Source of the DNA: Eledone cirrhosa
Taxonomy: Eukaryota
NCBI GenBank assembly: GCA_964016885.1
Contig: OZ024742.1
Location: 300,638,001 to 300,702,000, forward strand
Direction of reading: 5' to 3'
Length of the DNA stretch: 64,000 bases
Below are positions 38,490 through 48,800 of this stretch, one piece after another (position 1 is the stretch's first letter; each line of letters starts with the position of its first letter). Under the pieces are notes generated by a model. The model saw only the letters and a list, made by a program, of their open reading frames with translations. It made no database searches and was not told where the DNA came from. The translations under genes were made by a program, and so were the position numbers.

Positions 38490-38987
38490 AAACACGTGGG
38501 TTAATTAGTTTTTTCAAAAACATTATCAATCCAACGTGTTAAGAACTCAATTGAAATTAAAAAAATAAATGTATGCGTGTATTAATTACACACGCATATA
38601 GATATTTTGTTAGGTAAAAACAGAAGTGATACCTAAATAACGTGCCGCATCTCATAACCGTAGTAAATACGGAAAGTTACGCTTTAAAAGGCGATTGGGA
38701 ATGTAAATCTCTGGCCAAATTAAGAGTAAAATATTTAATACACGCGGGTTAATTAGTTATTTCAAAACTAATATCAATTCCATGTGTTAAGAACTCAATT
38801 AATTTTAAAAAATAAATGTATGCATGTAATTATATACACATGCATATATATATTTTCTTAGGCTAAAAACAGAGAAGTGACAACCAAAAAACCTCCATAT
38901 CTCATAACAGTAATAAATACGGAAAGTCATGTTTATAAGGTACCTGGAAATAAATACCTCTGGCCAAATCAAGAGTAAAATATTTAA
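38490..38987. repeat. Two diverged direct repeats, about 248 bp
   Basis: ACACG(T/C)GGGTTAATTAGTT at 38492 and 38740; both end CTCTGGCCAAAT.AAGAGTAAAATATTTAA. Confidence 0.85.
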
Positions 38988-39504
38988 CCGTCCCTGTGGC
39001 CTAATGGTAAGTACTAGAGACGGTGGAGATCCTGATTTAGGGTTCGATTTCCATTAGGGTCTATACTAATAACTGCGTATTTGTTGCTTGTAACCGTCCC
39101 TGTGGCCTAATGGTAAGTACTAGAGACGGTGGAGATCCTGATTTAGGGTTCGATTTCCATTAGGGTCTATACCAATAACTGCGTATTTGTTGCTTGTAAC
39201 CGTCCCTGTGGCCTAATGGTAAGTACTAGAGACGGTGGAGATCCTGATTTAGGGTTCGATTTCCATTAGGGTCTATACTAATAACTGCGTATTTGTTGCT
39301 TGTAACCGTCCCTGTGGCCTAATGGTAAGTACTAGAGACGGTGGAGATCCTGATTTAGGGTTCGATTTCCATTAGGGTCTATACTAATAACTGCGTATTT
39401 GTTGCTTGTAACCGTCCCTGTGGCCTAATGGTAAGTACTAGAGACGGTGGAGATCCTGATTTAGGGTTCGATTTCCGTTAGGGTCTATACTAATAACTGC
39501 GTAT
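38985..39504 (+). repeat. 106-bp tandem array (4.9 copies) of a tRNA-like unit
   Basis: Units start at 38985, 39091, 39197, 39303, 39409. Each has A box TGGCCTAATGG and B box GGTTCGATTTCC. Confidence 0.9.
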
Positions 39505-39946
39505 ATATATATATATATATACACATATATATACACATATATATATACACATGGTTGCACATGGGTTACATATTATAAAATTAGTCCCTCGTCAGTGATT
39601 TGCCAACCGTATTTGGTATTTCATCGCATTAAAAATCATATACCTCAGGTTGGTGCGAGCAATAACTAAAAAAAGCTATTGGGACAAGTGAGTCGCGTAA
39701 AGCGAGTGAGACAAGTAAACAACATAGAAGGATAAAAGCAAACCGAAGCAATCAGAATACAGACCGTCCAACGTGAGTGAGATGTGAGCAAGAAAGGATC
39801 CCACTACTAACGAAACGGGAGGAAGTGAGAAGGGGAGAAACAGAGAGTGAGTGAGTGGAAGTGCGAGGAAGAGGTCAGTCGAGAGAAAGTGTAACTGACA
39901 TATATATGTATATATGTATATATATACATGTATATATATATACATT

Positions 39947-40278
39947 GAGGCACATGGCTTAGTGGTTAGAGCATTGGCCTTGCAATCGAAAGGTTGTGAG
40001 TTCAATTCTCAGACCGGGTGATGTGCTGTTTCCTTGAGCAAGACACTTTATTTCACATTACTCCAGTTTACTCAGCTGTAGAAATGAGATGATAGGGACT
40101 GGGGTCCCTATCATTCCCCTGCACAGTGGTCGTGGAGGTGCCACGGCAAAAAAGCACCCAGCACTCACTGTAAATGAGGTTGGTGTTAGGAAGGGCATCC
40201 AGCTGTAGAATCAGTTCCCGTCCCACCCTTGCAAGCAGGGAAAAAGCGGACGTAAAATGAAATGATGATGATGATGAT
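39947..40278 (+). mobile_element. tRNA-derived CORE-type SINE (family B) with RTE-like 3' tail
   Basis: TGGCTTAGTGG..GAGTTCAATTC; CCTTGAGCAAGACACTT..CTCAGCTGTAGAAATG; tail GGTTGGTGTTAGGAAGGGCATCCAGCTGTAGAA..(GAT)n. Confidence 0.85.
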
Positions 40279-40589
40279 ATACAGTTACATGAGGGTTATT
40301 TTGTATTACGAAACAACAGGTTCTCGATATATAAACATAGAGGTGATTTATATATCTTGATATTTGGTATTAATAATACATTAAAAAAATTGACATTTTC
40401 ATAGACAATATTGGCAAAAGGACATATTCTCTATTATCAGAACTTTTCCATGTCTTTATTCCTGTCTAATAATCAGTTTTGAATGCATAAATATTCATGT
40501 ATTCAAAATTGATGACAAGACACATATACAAGTTTTAATAATGACAATCTCCAGTTTCTCCTACACTTCTGATTTCATCTGGTTCTTAT

Positions 40590-40910
40590 TTTAACATCAC
40601 CGCTAACTAACTTATGTTGAGTGGTACATTCCTCTCCAGAAAAGAACTTAGCATTCATAAACAGCTATCTATCCCATTTTCTAATGAGAATGAAGTCAAT
40701 CTGGTTTGAATATTCACGTGATTGGCAAATGGTCAAGTATATGGCTGGTTTCCTGAAATGAATGTTGCAAGATGGTCATTTTTAATTGAAATTCTAGAAG
40801 CCTTGATCCCTCTTCCTTTTTTTAGCCACATCTAAAGCTACATTATACTCCAAAGTAGCATCCTGCTGTTGACCAATATTTCCATTAAAATCACCAGCCA
40901 GATTGATGAA
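40590..40910 (-). pseudogene. Decayed RTE endonuclease fragment
   Basis: GDFN...NQIDFILIRK..*..GEECTTQHKLV resembles the intact LINE. Confidence 0.65.
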
Positions 40911-41082
40911 GTTACTACCATCTGATGTCGAGGTGAGGTTGAGGTTGTCTGTTCTTTATTTAGTCCTGATTGTGACACTTAAGTAGAGATACCTGTTGTC
41001 ATTCTGTTACCTCTGACTATGTTGGGTGGTGCAAAATAAAACAACAAAATACACAAAAAATTACAACAATGAACAATAAATA

Positions 41083-41450
41083 TCTTCTTCTTCTTCTTCT
41101 TCTTCTTCTTCTTCTTCTTCTTCTTCTTCCCCCACGTATTCCTGAGAGGGTTGTGGCGGCAGAGTCCTCAAACACTCCTTCCAGAGGGTCCTGTCAGAAG
41201 CAACTGTCTCCAACTGATCCGGCTGGATCTCCAAGCGAGACCAGCCAAGTTTATGGATGTTATACAACCATCTTGCTTGGGATCTACTCCTGGGTCTCTT
41301 GCCAGTTTGTTTTCCCTGTAAAATCTGTCCAGCAATTCTTTCCTGAGACATTCTAACCATATGGCCATAATATCGGAGCTGTGATCTCTCAATTCAGAGA
41401 AGTAACAACTCTCATGCCAACCCTTACCTATGGTCATGAATCTTGGGTAA
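41083..41450 (-). mobile_element. LINE 3' fragment with (GAA)n tail
   Basis: VRMSQERIAGQILQGKQTGKRPRSR..RW..ASDRTLWK. Confidence 0.75.
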
Positions 41451-41476
41451 CAACAAATATAAAAAGAAAGATACCT

Positions 41477-41572
41477 GTAGTTGCACCAACAACATTAATA
41501 TAACATATGTAGTTGCACCAACAACATTAATATAACATATGTAGTTGCACCAACAACATTAATATAACATAT
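41477..41572. repeat. 32-bp tandem repeat x3
   Basis: GTAGTTGCACCAACAACATTAATATAACATAT. Confidence 0.95.
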
Positions 41573-41586
41573 GACACATGACTTAC

Positions 41587-41673
41587 CATCACTTCAATGC
41601 TGCCATTATGAATACTTCCTCCACCCTGGGACCGATCTGTCAACACTGTGAACTGGATATCACTGTCTTTGTC
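41587..41673 (-). CDS. MAN2B1: Lysosomal alpha-mannosidase exon, 4th visible
   Basis: cag|DKDSDIQFTVLTDRSQGGGSIHNGSIEVM|gtaagt; TVLTDRSQGG motif. Confidence 0.95.
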
Positions 41674-41910
41674 CTGTATCAACAGAAACACAATGGTTTC
41701 TCTTAATTCTCAACAACATGCATATTATTTAAATCATCTTTATCACTATTACACTTGTAACATTAAGTGTATGTATTTATATAGGTATCTATGTGCATAT
41801 TTATAAATCAATATATGTGGGTGTAAATATATGTGTATATGTGTGAATCTATGTGTATGAATACATATATGTGTGCGTGTCTGGGCATATTGATATATTT
41901 GTCAACGAAA

Positions 41911-41951
<41 letters not shown>

Positions 41952-42066
41952 AAAAGTAAACAACAACAACAAGGAGTACTGTTACAAAAGGTGTTAGGTA
42001 TTAAGTGTTAGGTATTAGGTGTTAGGTATTAGGTTTATGCTTGAGAGTGGGATATATATATATATA

Positions 42067-42389
42067 TGGCTTAGTGGTTAGAACATTGGCCTTGCAATCG
42101 AAAGGTTGTAAGTTCAATTCTCTGACCGGGTGATGTGTTGTTTCCTTGATCAAGACACTTTATTTCACATTGCTCCAGTTTACTCAGCTGTAGAAATGAG
42201 ATGATAGGACTGGGGTCCATATCATTCCACTGCAAAGTGGTCGTGGAGGTGCCACGGCAAAAAAGCACCCAGCACTCACTGTAAATGTGGTTGGTGTTAG
42301 GAAGGGCATCCAGCTGTAGAAATCAAGCCAGAATCAGTTCCTGTCCCACCCTTGCAAGCAGGGAAAAGCAGACGTAAAATGATGATGAT
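42067..42389 (+). mobile_element. SINE family B copy
   Basis: Near-identical to 39947-40278. Confidence 0.85.
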
Positions 42390-42590
42390 ATATATATATA
42401 TATATTTGAATTTTTGTCTCCTACCATCACATAAATTTCTGAACCAGTAGCCAATCAGTTGATGGCATTGTGATGACGTGTAGGGATTTCAGTTGCTAAT
42501 GTACTACTGTGTTGACTGTCACATTCACTGTCATAGCCAACATGGACTGGAATCGAATTCTGTTGATCAATTGGTTATTGATTAAGCAAA

Positions 42591-42703
42591 ACCCACTGAT
42601 GAAGCTCCATGCACCAATTGTGCATTTTTGCATAATAAATGCAGACAGTGGATGCTGTGCACTCTATTGCTGCATTAAGTGTGGCTGAAACTCGAGTACG
42701 GGT
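42591..42703 (+). ncRNA. Type I hammerhead ribozyme candidate with long stem II insert
   Basis: ACCCA-CTGATGA-AGC...GCT-GAAAC-TCGA-GTA/CGGGT; palindromic ACTCGAGT. Confidence 0.7.
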
Positions 42704-43231
42704 ATAGATTGGAGGTACCCATTTACATGTGTCTGGGATTTTACATAACATTGCCTATTGAGTATGCTGAGATGCAACTGGGCTAAAACTGTTTCATTTG
42801 AAGGAAATCATGAAACATTTCTAGTCCTGTAGAAGCCATTTCTATATTAAACATATATACTCTACGATGTATTGAGTACCTTACTTACTGTGGTTACCCC
42901 CGATTGAACCCGGGATACACACACACATATATATATATATATATGTTGTAGATGCTCTTGTGTTCTTTATCATATATATATATATATATATAGCGAGCAG
43001 CACCGGACACTAGAATAGTCGCTATATTTTCCTTGGAAGAAGAGATTTTAATCTCGAAATATCAGGACATATAAATAAATTAAGGTAAAAAGACACTTCT
43101 TGTTTCATCTGACTTGTCTATTTATTCGTCCATTTTAAATTGTTGTGGCCTTCAAACTTTGAATTCTTAATATATATATGTTTGGGTGTGTATGTCTGAA
43201 TATGTTTCAGTTAAAAAATTCATGCACTTAC

Positions 43232-43319
43232 CCTTATAAAGGCTCTACTTGTGATGGGGTAATAGTTACCAGCCACAGGCTCTGAGTTAGAAAAGTCCCA
43301 CGTATCACGATGGTTTATT
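43232..43319 (-). CDS. MAN2B1: Lysosomal alpha-mannosidase exon, 3rd visible
   Basis: cag|(K)INHRDTWDFSNSEPVAGNYYPITSRAFIR|gtaagt; EPVAGNYYP motif. Confidence 0.95.
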
Positions 43320-43689
43320 CTGAAACACAAATTTGTAAATGGAAATATAAAATATTTAATTATAATTTAGCCACATTTTGTCCAAAAATAAAAACAGTTG
43401 AATCTACTCCATTGTATTCCTGGTAATTCATCATCATCATCATCATCATCATTTAACGTCCATTTTCCATGCTTAGCATGTGTTAGATGGGTTGTCCCAT
43501 TTGAAGCAAGTTGGGTTAGGTGACCGTGTAATTATTTTATTGAAACCAGTGTAATGAAAAAGATAAGTCAACACTGGTGAAGAAGAATGGCTTGTAATAG
43601 CAGTGCAAGCCATGTAGAGAGAGGGTGTCAGTAAAGTGAGAGTAGGAATTGAGTTTAGTGAGGAATTCAAGGTGCGGTTCTTAACCCAC

Positions 43690-43820
43690 TACTGTTCATC
43701 ATAGTTCTCCAGGCCATAACAGAGGAGTTTAGAACTGGCTGTCAACAGGAATTTTTCTATGCAAATGATTTGATCCTTATAGCCAAATTCATAATAGAAC
43801 TAGAAAATAAGTTCCAACAT
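43690..43820 (+). pseudogene. RTE RT fragment
   Basis: AITEEFRTGC..FYANDLILIA..ELENKFQ versus AITEEFKTGC..LYADDLTLIA..ELEKKFQ in the intact LINE. Confidence 0.75.
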
Positions 43821-43821
43821 G

Positions 43822-44270
43822 GCTGTGTAACTACTGACACACAGAGTGCTGTGTAACTACATACCTACACATTGATGTGTAACTACATGGTATGTAGTTA
43901 CACAATGATGTGTAACTACTGACACACACATTGATGTGTAACTACATACCTACACATTGATGTGTACCTAGTGACACACACATTGCTGTGTACATAGTGA
44001 CACATACATTGATGTGTACCTAGTGACACACACATTGCTGTGTACCTAGTGACACACAGAGTGCTGTGTAACTACATGCCTACACATTGATGTGTAACTA
44101 CTGATACACACATTGATGTGTAACTACATACCTACACATTGATGTGTACCTAGTGACACACACATTGCTGTGTACCTAGTGATACACAGAGTGCTGTGTA
44201 ACTACTGACACACATACACCACGTTGATATGTAACTACTGATACACACACAGAGTCCTGTGTAACTACAG
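43822..44270. repeat. Degenerate minisatellite, about 24-bp unit
   Basis: TGTGTAACTAC/TGTGTACCTAG..ACACATTGA units. Confidence 0.85.
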
Positions 44271-44322
44271 CCTCCTTAAGCTATGTAGTTTGAATTGATG
44301 AAAGAAAGAGATTGATACTAAC

Positions 44323-44424
44323 TTCCTGTACATCATCTGACGACTGTTAGCATCTGTATAGATCACTCCATCATTGTTGATGCCAATGTTGTACTCTGTG
44401 ATGACTTCTGTACCTTGGTTGTTG
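44323..44424 (-). CDS. MAN2B1: Lysosomal alpha-mannosidase exon, 2nd visible
   Basis: cag|(V)NNQGTEVITEYNIGINNDGVIYTDANSRQMMYR(K)|gttagt; YTD.N.R motif; phases 2/2 consistent. Confidence 0.92.
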
Positions 44425-44549
44425 CTGTAAAGAAACATTGAATAGATGGCATTACAGTAGTTAGGATAACTGTATATTGTATGTGGTTGGGGGAGGAGGA
44501 GGAGGGGGTGGAGGAGGAGAAGAAGAAGAACCAGGAGGAGGAGGGTACC

Positions 44550-45171
44550 TGTTCCCTATTAACACCTAATTTGGAACTAACACTATAGGTTCCGGTCCAA
44601 CTGTCCATCTGTCCCCCTAATAACCCCTACAGTATAGGTGAGGGTTCAGCTGTCCATCTGTCCCCTAATAACCCCTACACTATAGGTAAGGGTTCAACTG
44701 TCCATCTATCCCCTAATAACCCCTACAATATAGTTAAGGGTCCAACTGTCCATCTGTCCCCTAATAACCCCTAATTTGGAACTTACACAATAGGTAAGGG
44801 TCCAACTGTCCATCTTTCCCCTAATAACCCCTAATTTGGAACTTACACAATAGGTAAAGGTCCAACTGTCCATCTGTCCACTAATAACCCCTAATTTGGA
44901 ACTTACACAATAGGTAAGGGTCCAACTGTCCATCTGTCCCCTAATAACCCCTAATTTGGAACTTACACAATAGGTAAGGGTCCAACTGTCCATCTCTCCC
45001 CTAATAACCCCTAATTTGGAACTTACACAATAGGTAAGGGTCCAACTGTCCATCTCTCCCCTAATAACCCCTAATTTGGAACTTACACAATAGGTAAAGG
45101 TCCAATTGTCCATCCGTCCCCTAATAACCCCTAATTTGGAACTTACACAATAGGTAAGGGTCCAACTGTCC
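44550..45171. repeat. 60-bp tandem repeat spanning the exon end and splice donor
   Basis: 7 full units (ACTTACACAA at 44781 + 60n up to 45141) plus shorter degenerate units to the left. Confidence 0.95.
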
Positions 45172-45265
45172 ACTCAACTTCAATAGTCTTTGCTCCTTGA
45201 TAAAGTCTGATCACCTGACTTGCCCAGTTGTTGTATATCAGGTGAGCCTCTGTCACCAATTTACC
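45147..45265 (-). CDS. MAN2B1: Lysosomal alpha-mannosidase exon, 1st visible
   Basis: cag|GKLVTEAHLIYNNWASQVIRLYQGAKTIEVEWTVGPLPI|gtaagt; W.SQV.RLY..E.EW.VGP.P motif. Confidence 0.95.
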
Positions 45266-45296
45266 CTGGAATATACAAACAGTACAACACAATTAC

Positions 45297-45860
45297 AGGT
45301 GGTTAATGGTGGTGGTGGTGGTGGTTGGTGGTGGTGGTGGTAGTGGTGGTGGTGGTGGTGGTTGGTGGTGGTGGTGGCATTGGAGGTGATGGTGGTGGTG
45401 ATTATAGTAGCATGGTGGTGGTGGTGGCATTAGAGATGGTGGCATTAGAGTGGTGGTGGTGGCATTAGAAGTGGTGGTGGTGGTGTGTGTGTGTATGGTG
45501 AGGGTGATTATAGTAGCATGGTGGTGATGATGATAGTGGTTGTGGTGGCATTGGAGGTGGTGATGGTAGTTGTGGTGGTGTGTAGTGCCAGTGATTATAG
45601 TAGCATGGTAGTGATACTGACAGTGGTGATGGTGGTGGTGGTGGTGGTGGTGGTGGTGATGGTAGTGGTGGTGGTGGTGGCAGTGGTGGTGGGTGGGTGG
45701 GGTGATGGTGATTATAGTAGCATGGTGGTAGTGGTGGTGATGATAATGGTGGCTGTGGTATATGTGTGTGTGTAGGAGGGGGATTAAAGTAGCATGGTTG
45801 TAGTGGTGATAGTGTGGTGGAAGCAGAGCTATAATTATAATATGTTGGTGGGGTAGTAAA
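45297..45860. repeat. Degenerate (GGT)n low-complexity region
   Basis: Direct reading of the sequence. Confidence 0.9.
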
Positions 45861-48800
45861 ACGATGGTACTGGTGGTGGTGGTGGTATAGCAGTGATAAT
45901 GGGGGTAGTAGGAGGTATTAGCAGAGATGGTAGTGGTGGTGGTGGTGGTATAGCAGTGATAATGGGGGTAGTAGGAGGTATTAGCAGAGATGGTAGTGGT
46001 GGTGGTGGTGGTATAGCAGTGATAATGGGGGTAGTAGGAGGTATTAGCAGAGATGGTATTGGTGGTGGTGGTAGTAGAGCAGTGATAATGGAGGTAGTAG
46101 GAGGTATTAGCAGAGATAGTATTGGTGGTGGTGGTGGTAGTAGAGCAGTGATAATGGAGGTAGTAGGAGGTATTAGCAGAGATGGTAGTGGTGGTGGTGG
46201 TGGTATAGCAGTGATAATGGGGGTAGTAGGAGGTATTAGCAGAGATGGTATTGGTGGTGGTGGTAGTAGAGCAGTGATAATGGAGGTAGTAGGAGGTATT
46301 AGCAGAGATAGTATTGGTGGTGGTGGTGGTAGAGCAGTGATAATGGAGGTAGTAGGAGGTATTAGCAGAGATGGTAGTGGTGGTGGTGGTGGTAGTAGAG
46401 CAGTGATAATGGAGGTAGTAGGAGGTATTAGCAGAGATGGTAGTGGTGGTGGTGGTGGTAGAGCAGTGATAATGGAGGTAGTAGGAGGTATTAGCAGAGA
46501 TGGTAGTGGTGGTGGTGGTAGTAGAGCAGTGATAATGGGGGTAGTAGGAGGTATTAGCAGAGATGGTAGTGGTGGTGGTGGTAGTAGAACAGTTATAATG
46601 GAGGTAGTAGGAGGTATTAGCAGAGATGGTAGTGGTGGTGGTGGTGGTAGTAGAGCAGTGATAATGGAGGTAGTAGGAGGTATTAGCAGAGATGGTAGTG
46701 GTGGTGGTGGTGGTAGTGCAGTGATAATGGGGGGTAGTAGGAGGTATTAGCAGAGATGGTAGTGGTGGTGGTGGTGGTAGTAGAGCAGTGATAATGGAGG
46801 TAGTAGGAGGTATTAGCAGAGATGTTATTGGTGGTGGTGGTGGTAGTGCAGTGATAATGGAGGTAGTAGGAGGTATTAGCAGAGATGATATTGGTGGTGG
46901 TGGTAGTAGAACAGTTATAATGGAGGTAGTAGGAGGTATTAGCAGAGATGGTAGTGGTGGTGGTGGTGGTAGTAGAGCAGTGATAATGGAGGTAGTAGGA
47001 GGTATTAGTAGAGATGGTAGTGGTGGTGGTGGTAGTAGAGCAGTGATAATGGGGGGTAGTAGGAGGTATTAGCAGAGATGGTACTGGTGGTGGTGGTAGT
47101 AGAACAGTTATAATGGAGGTAGTAGGAGGTATTAGCAGAGATGGTATTGGTGGTGGTGGTGGTAGAGCAGTGATAATGGAGGTAGTAGGAGGTATTAGCA
47201 GAGATGGTAGTGGTGGTGGTGGTGGTAGAGCAGTGATAATGGAGGTAGTAGGAGGTATTAGCAGAGATGGTAGTGGTGGTGGTGGTGGTAGTAGAGCAGT
47301 GATAATGGAGGTAGTAGGAGGTATTAGCAGAGATGGTATAGGTGGTGGTGGTAGTAAAGCCGTGATAATGGGGGTAGTAGGAGGTATTAACAGAGATGGT
47401 AGTGGTGGTGGTGGTAGTAGAGCAGTGATAATGGGGGTAGTAGGAGGTATTAACAAAGATGGTAGTAGTGGTGGTGGTAGTAGAGCAGTGATAATGGAGG
47501 TAGTAGGAGGTATTAACAGAGATGGTAGTGGTGGTGGTGGTAGTACAGCAGTGATAATGGGGGTAGTAGGAGGTATTAACAGAGATGGTAGTGGTGGTGG
47601 TGGTAGTAGAGCAGTGATAATGGGGGTAGTAGGAGGTATTAGGAGAGATGGTGGTGGTGGTGGTAGAGCAGTGATAATGGAGGTAGTAGGAGGTATTAGC
47701 AGAGATGGTACTGGTGGTGGTGGTAGTAGAGCAGTGATAATGGGGGTAGTAGGAGGTATTAGCAGAGATGGTGGTGGTGGTGGTGGTGGTAGAGCAGTGA
47801 TAATGGGGGTAGTAGGGGGTATTAGCAGAGATGGTGGTGGTGGTGGTGGTGGTAGAGCAGTAATAATGGGGGTAGTAGGGGGTATTAGCAGAGATGGTGG
47901 TGGTGGTGGTGGTGGTAGAGCAGTAATAATGGGGGTAGTAGGGGGTATTAGCAGAGATGGTACTGGTGGTGGTGGTGGTAGAGCAGTGATAATGGGGGTA
48001 GTAGGAGGTATTAGCAGAGATGGTATTGGTGGTGGTGGTGGCGGTAGAGCAGTGATAATGGGGGTAGTAGGAGGTATTAGGAGAGATGGTGGTGGTGGTG
48101 GTAGAGCAGTGATAATGGAGGTAGTAGGAGGTATTAGCAGAGATGGTCCTGGTGGTGGTGGTAGTAGAGCAGTGATAATGGGGGTAGTAGGAGGTATTAG
48201 CAGAGATGGTAGTGGTGGTGGTTGTAGTAGAGCAGTGATAATGGGGGTAGTATGAGGTATTAGCAGAGATGGTACTGGTGGTGGTGGTAGTAGAGCAGTG
48301 ATAATGGGGGTAGTAGGAGGTATTAACAGAGATGGTCCTGGTGGTGGTGGTGGTAGTAGAGCAGTGATAATGGGGGTAGTAGGAGGTATTAGCAGAGATG
48401 GTAGTGGTGGTGGTGGTGGTAGAGCAGTGATAATGGAGGTAGTAGGAGGTATTAGCAGAGAGGGTAGTGGTGGTGGTGGTGGTAGAGCAGTGATAATGGA
48501 GGTAGTAGGAGGTATTAGCAGAGATGGTATTGGTGGTGGTGGTGATGGTGGTAGAGCAGTGATAATGGGGTAGTAGGAGGTATTAGCAGAGATGGTAGTG
48601 GTGGTGGTGGTAGTAGAGCAGTGATAATGGGGGTAGTAGGAGGTATTAATAGAGATGGTAGTGGAGGTGGTGGTAGTAGAGCAGTGATAATGGGGGTAGT
48701 AGGAGGTATTAGCAGAGATGGTGGTGGTGGTGATAGAGCAGTAATAATGGGGGTAGTAGGAGGTATTAGCAGAGATGGTAGTGGTGGTGGTGGTGGTAGA

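Noticed and set aside
38985-39504. CRISPR array or functional tRNA gene cluster
   Set aside because: The units are identical with no unique spacers and there are no cas genes; the anticodon arm does not pair.
43030-43067. Minimal hammerhead-like motif TCCT-TGGAAGAA-GAGATT..AATCTC-GAAATATC/AGGA
   Set aside because: The stems fit, but the core deviates from both CUGANGA and UUGANAA; at best a decayed copy.
44760-45140. Telomere-like TTAGGG(G) motifs on the minus strand
   Set aside because: They are isolated motifs inside a 60-bp unit, not a tandem telomeric tract.
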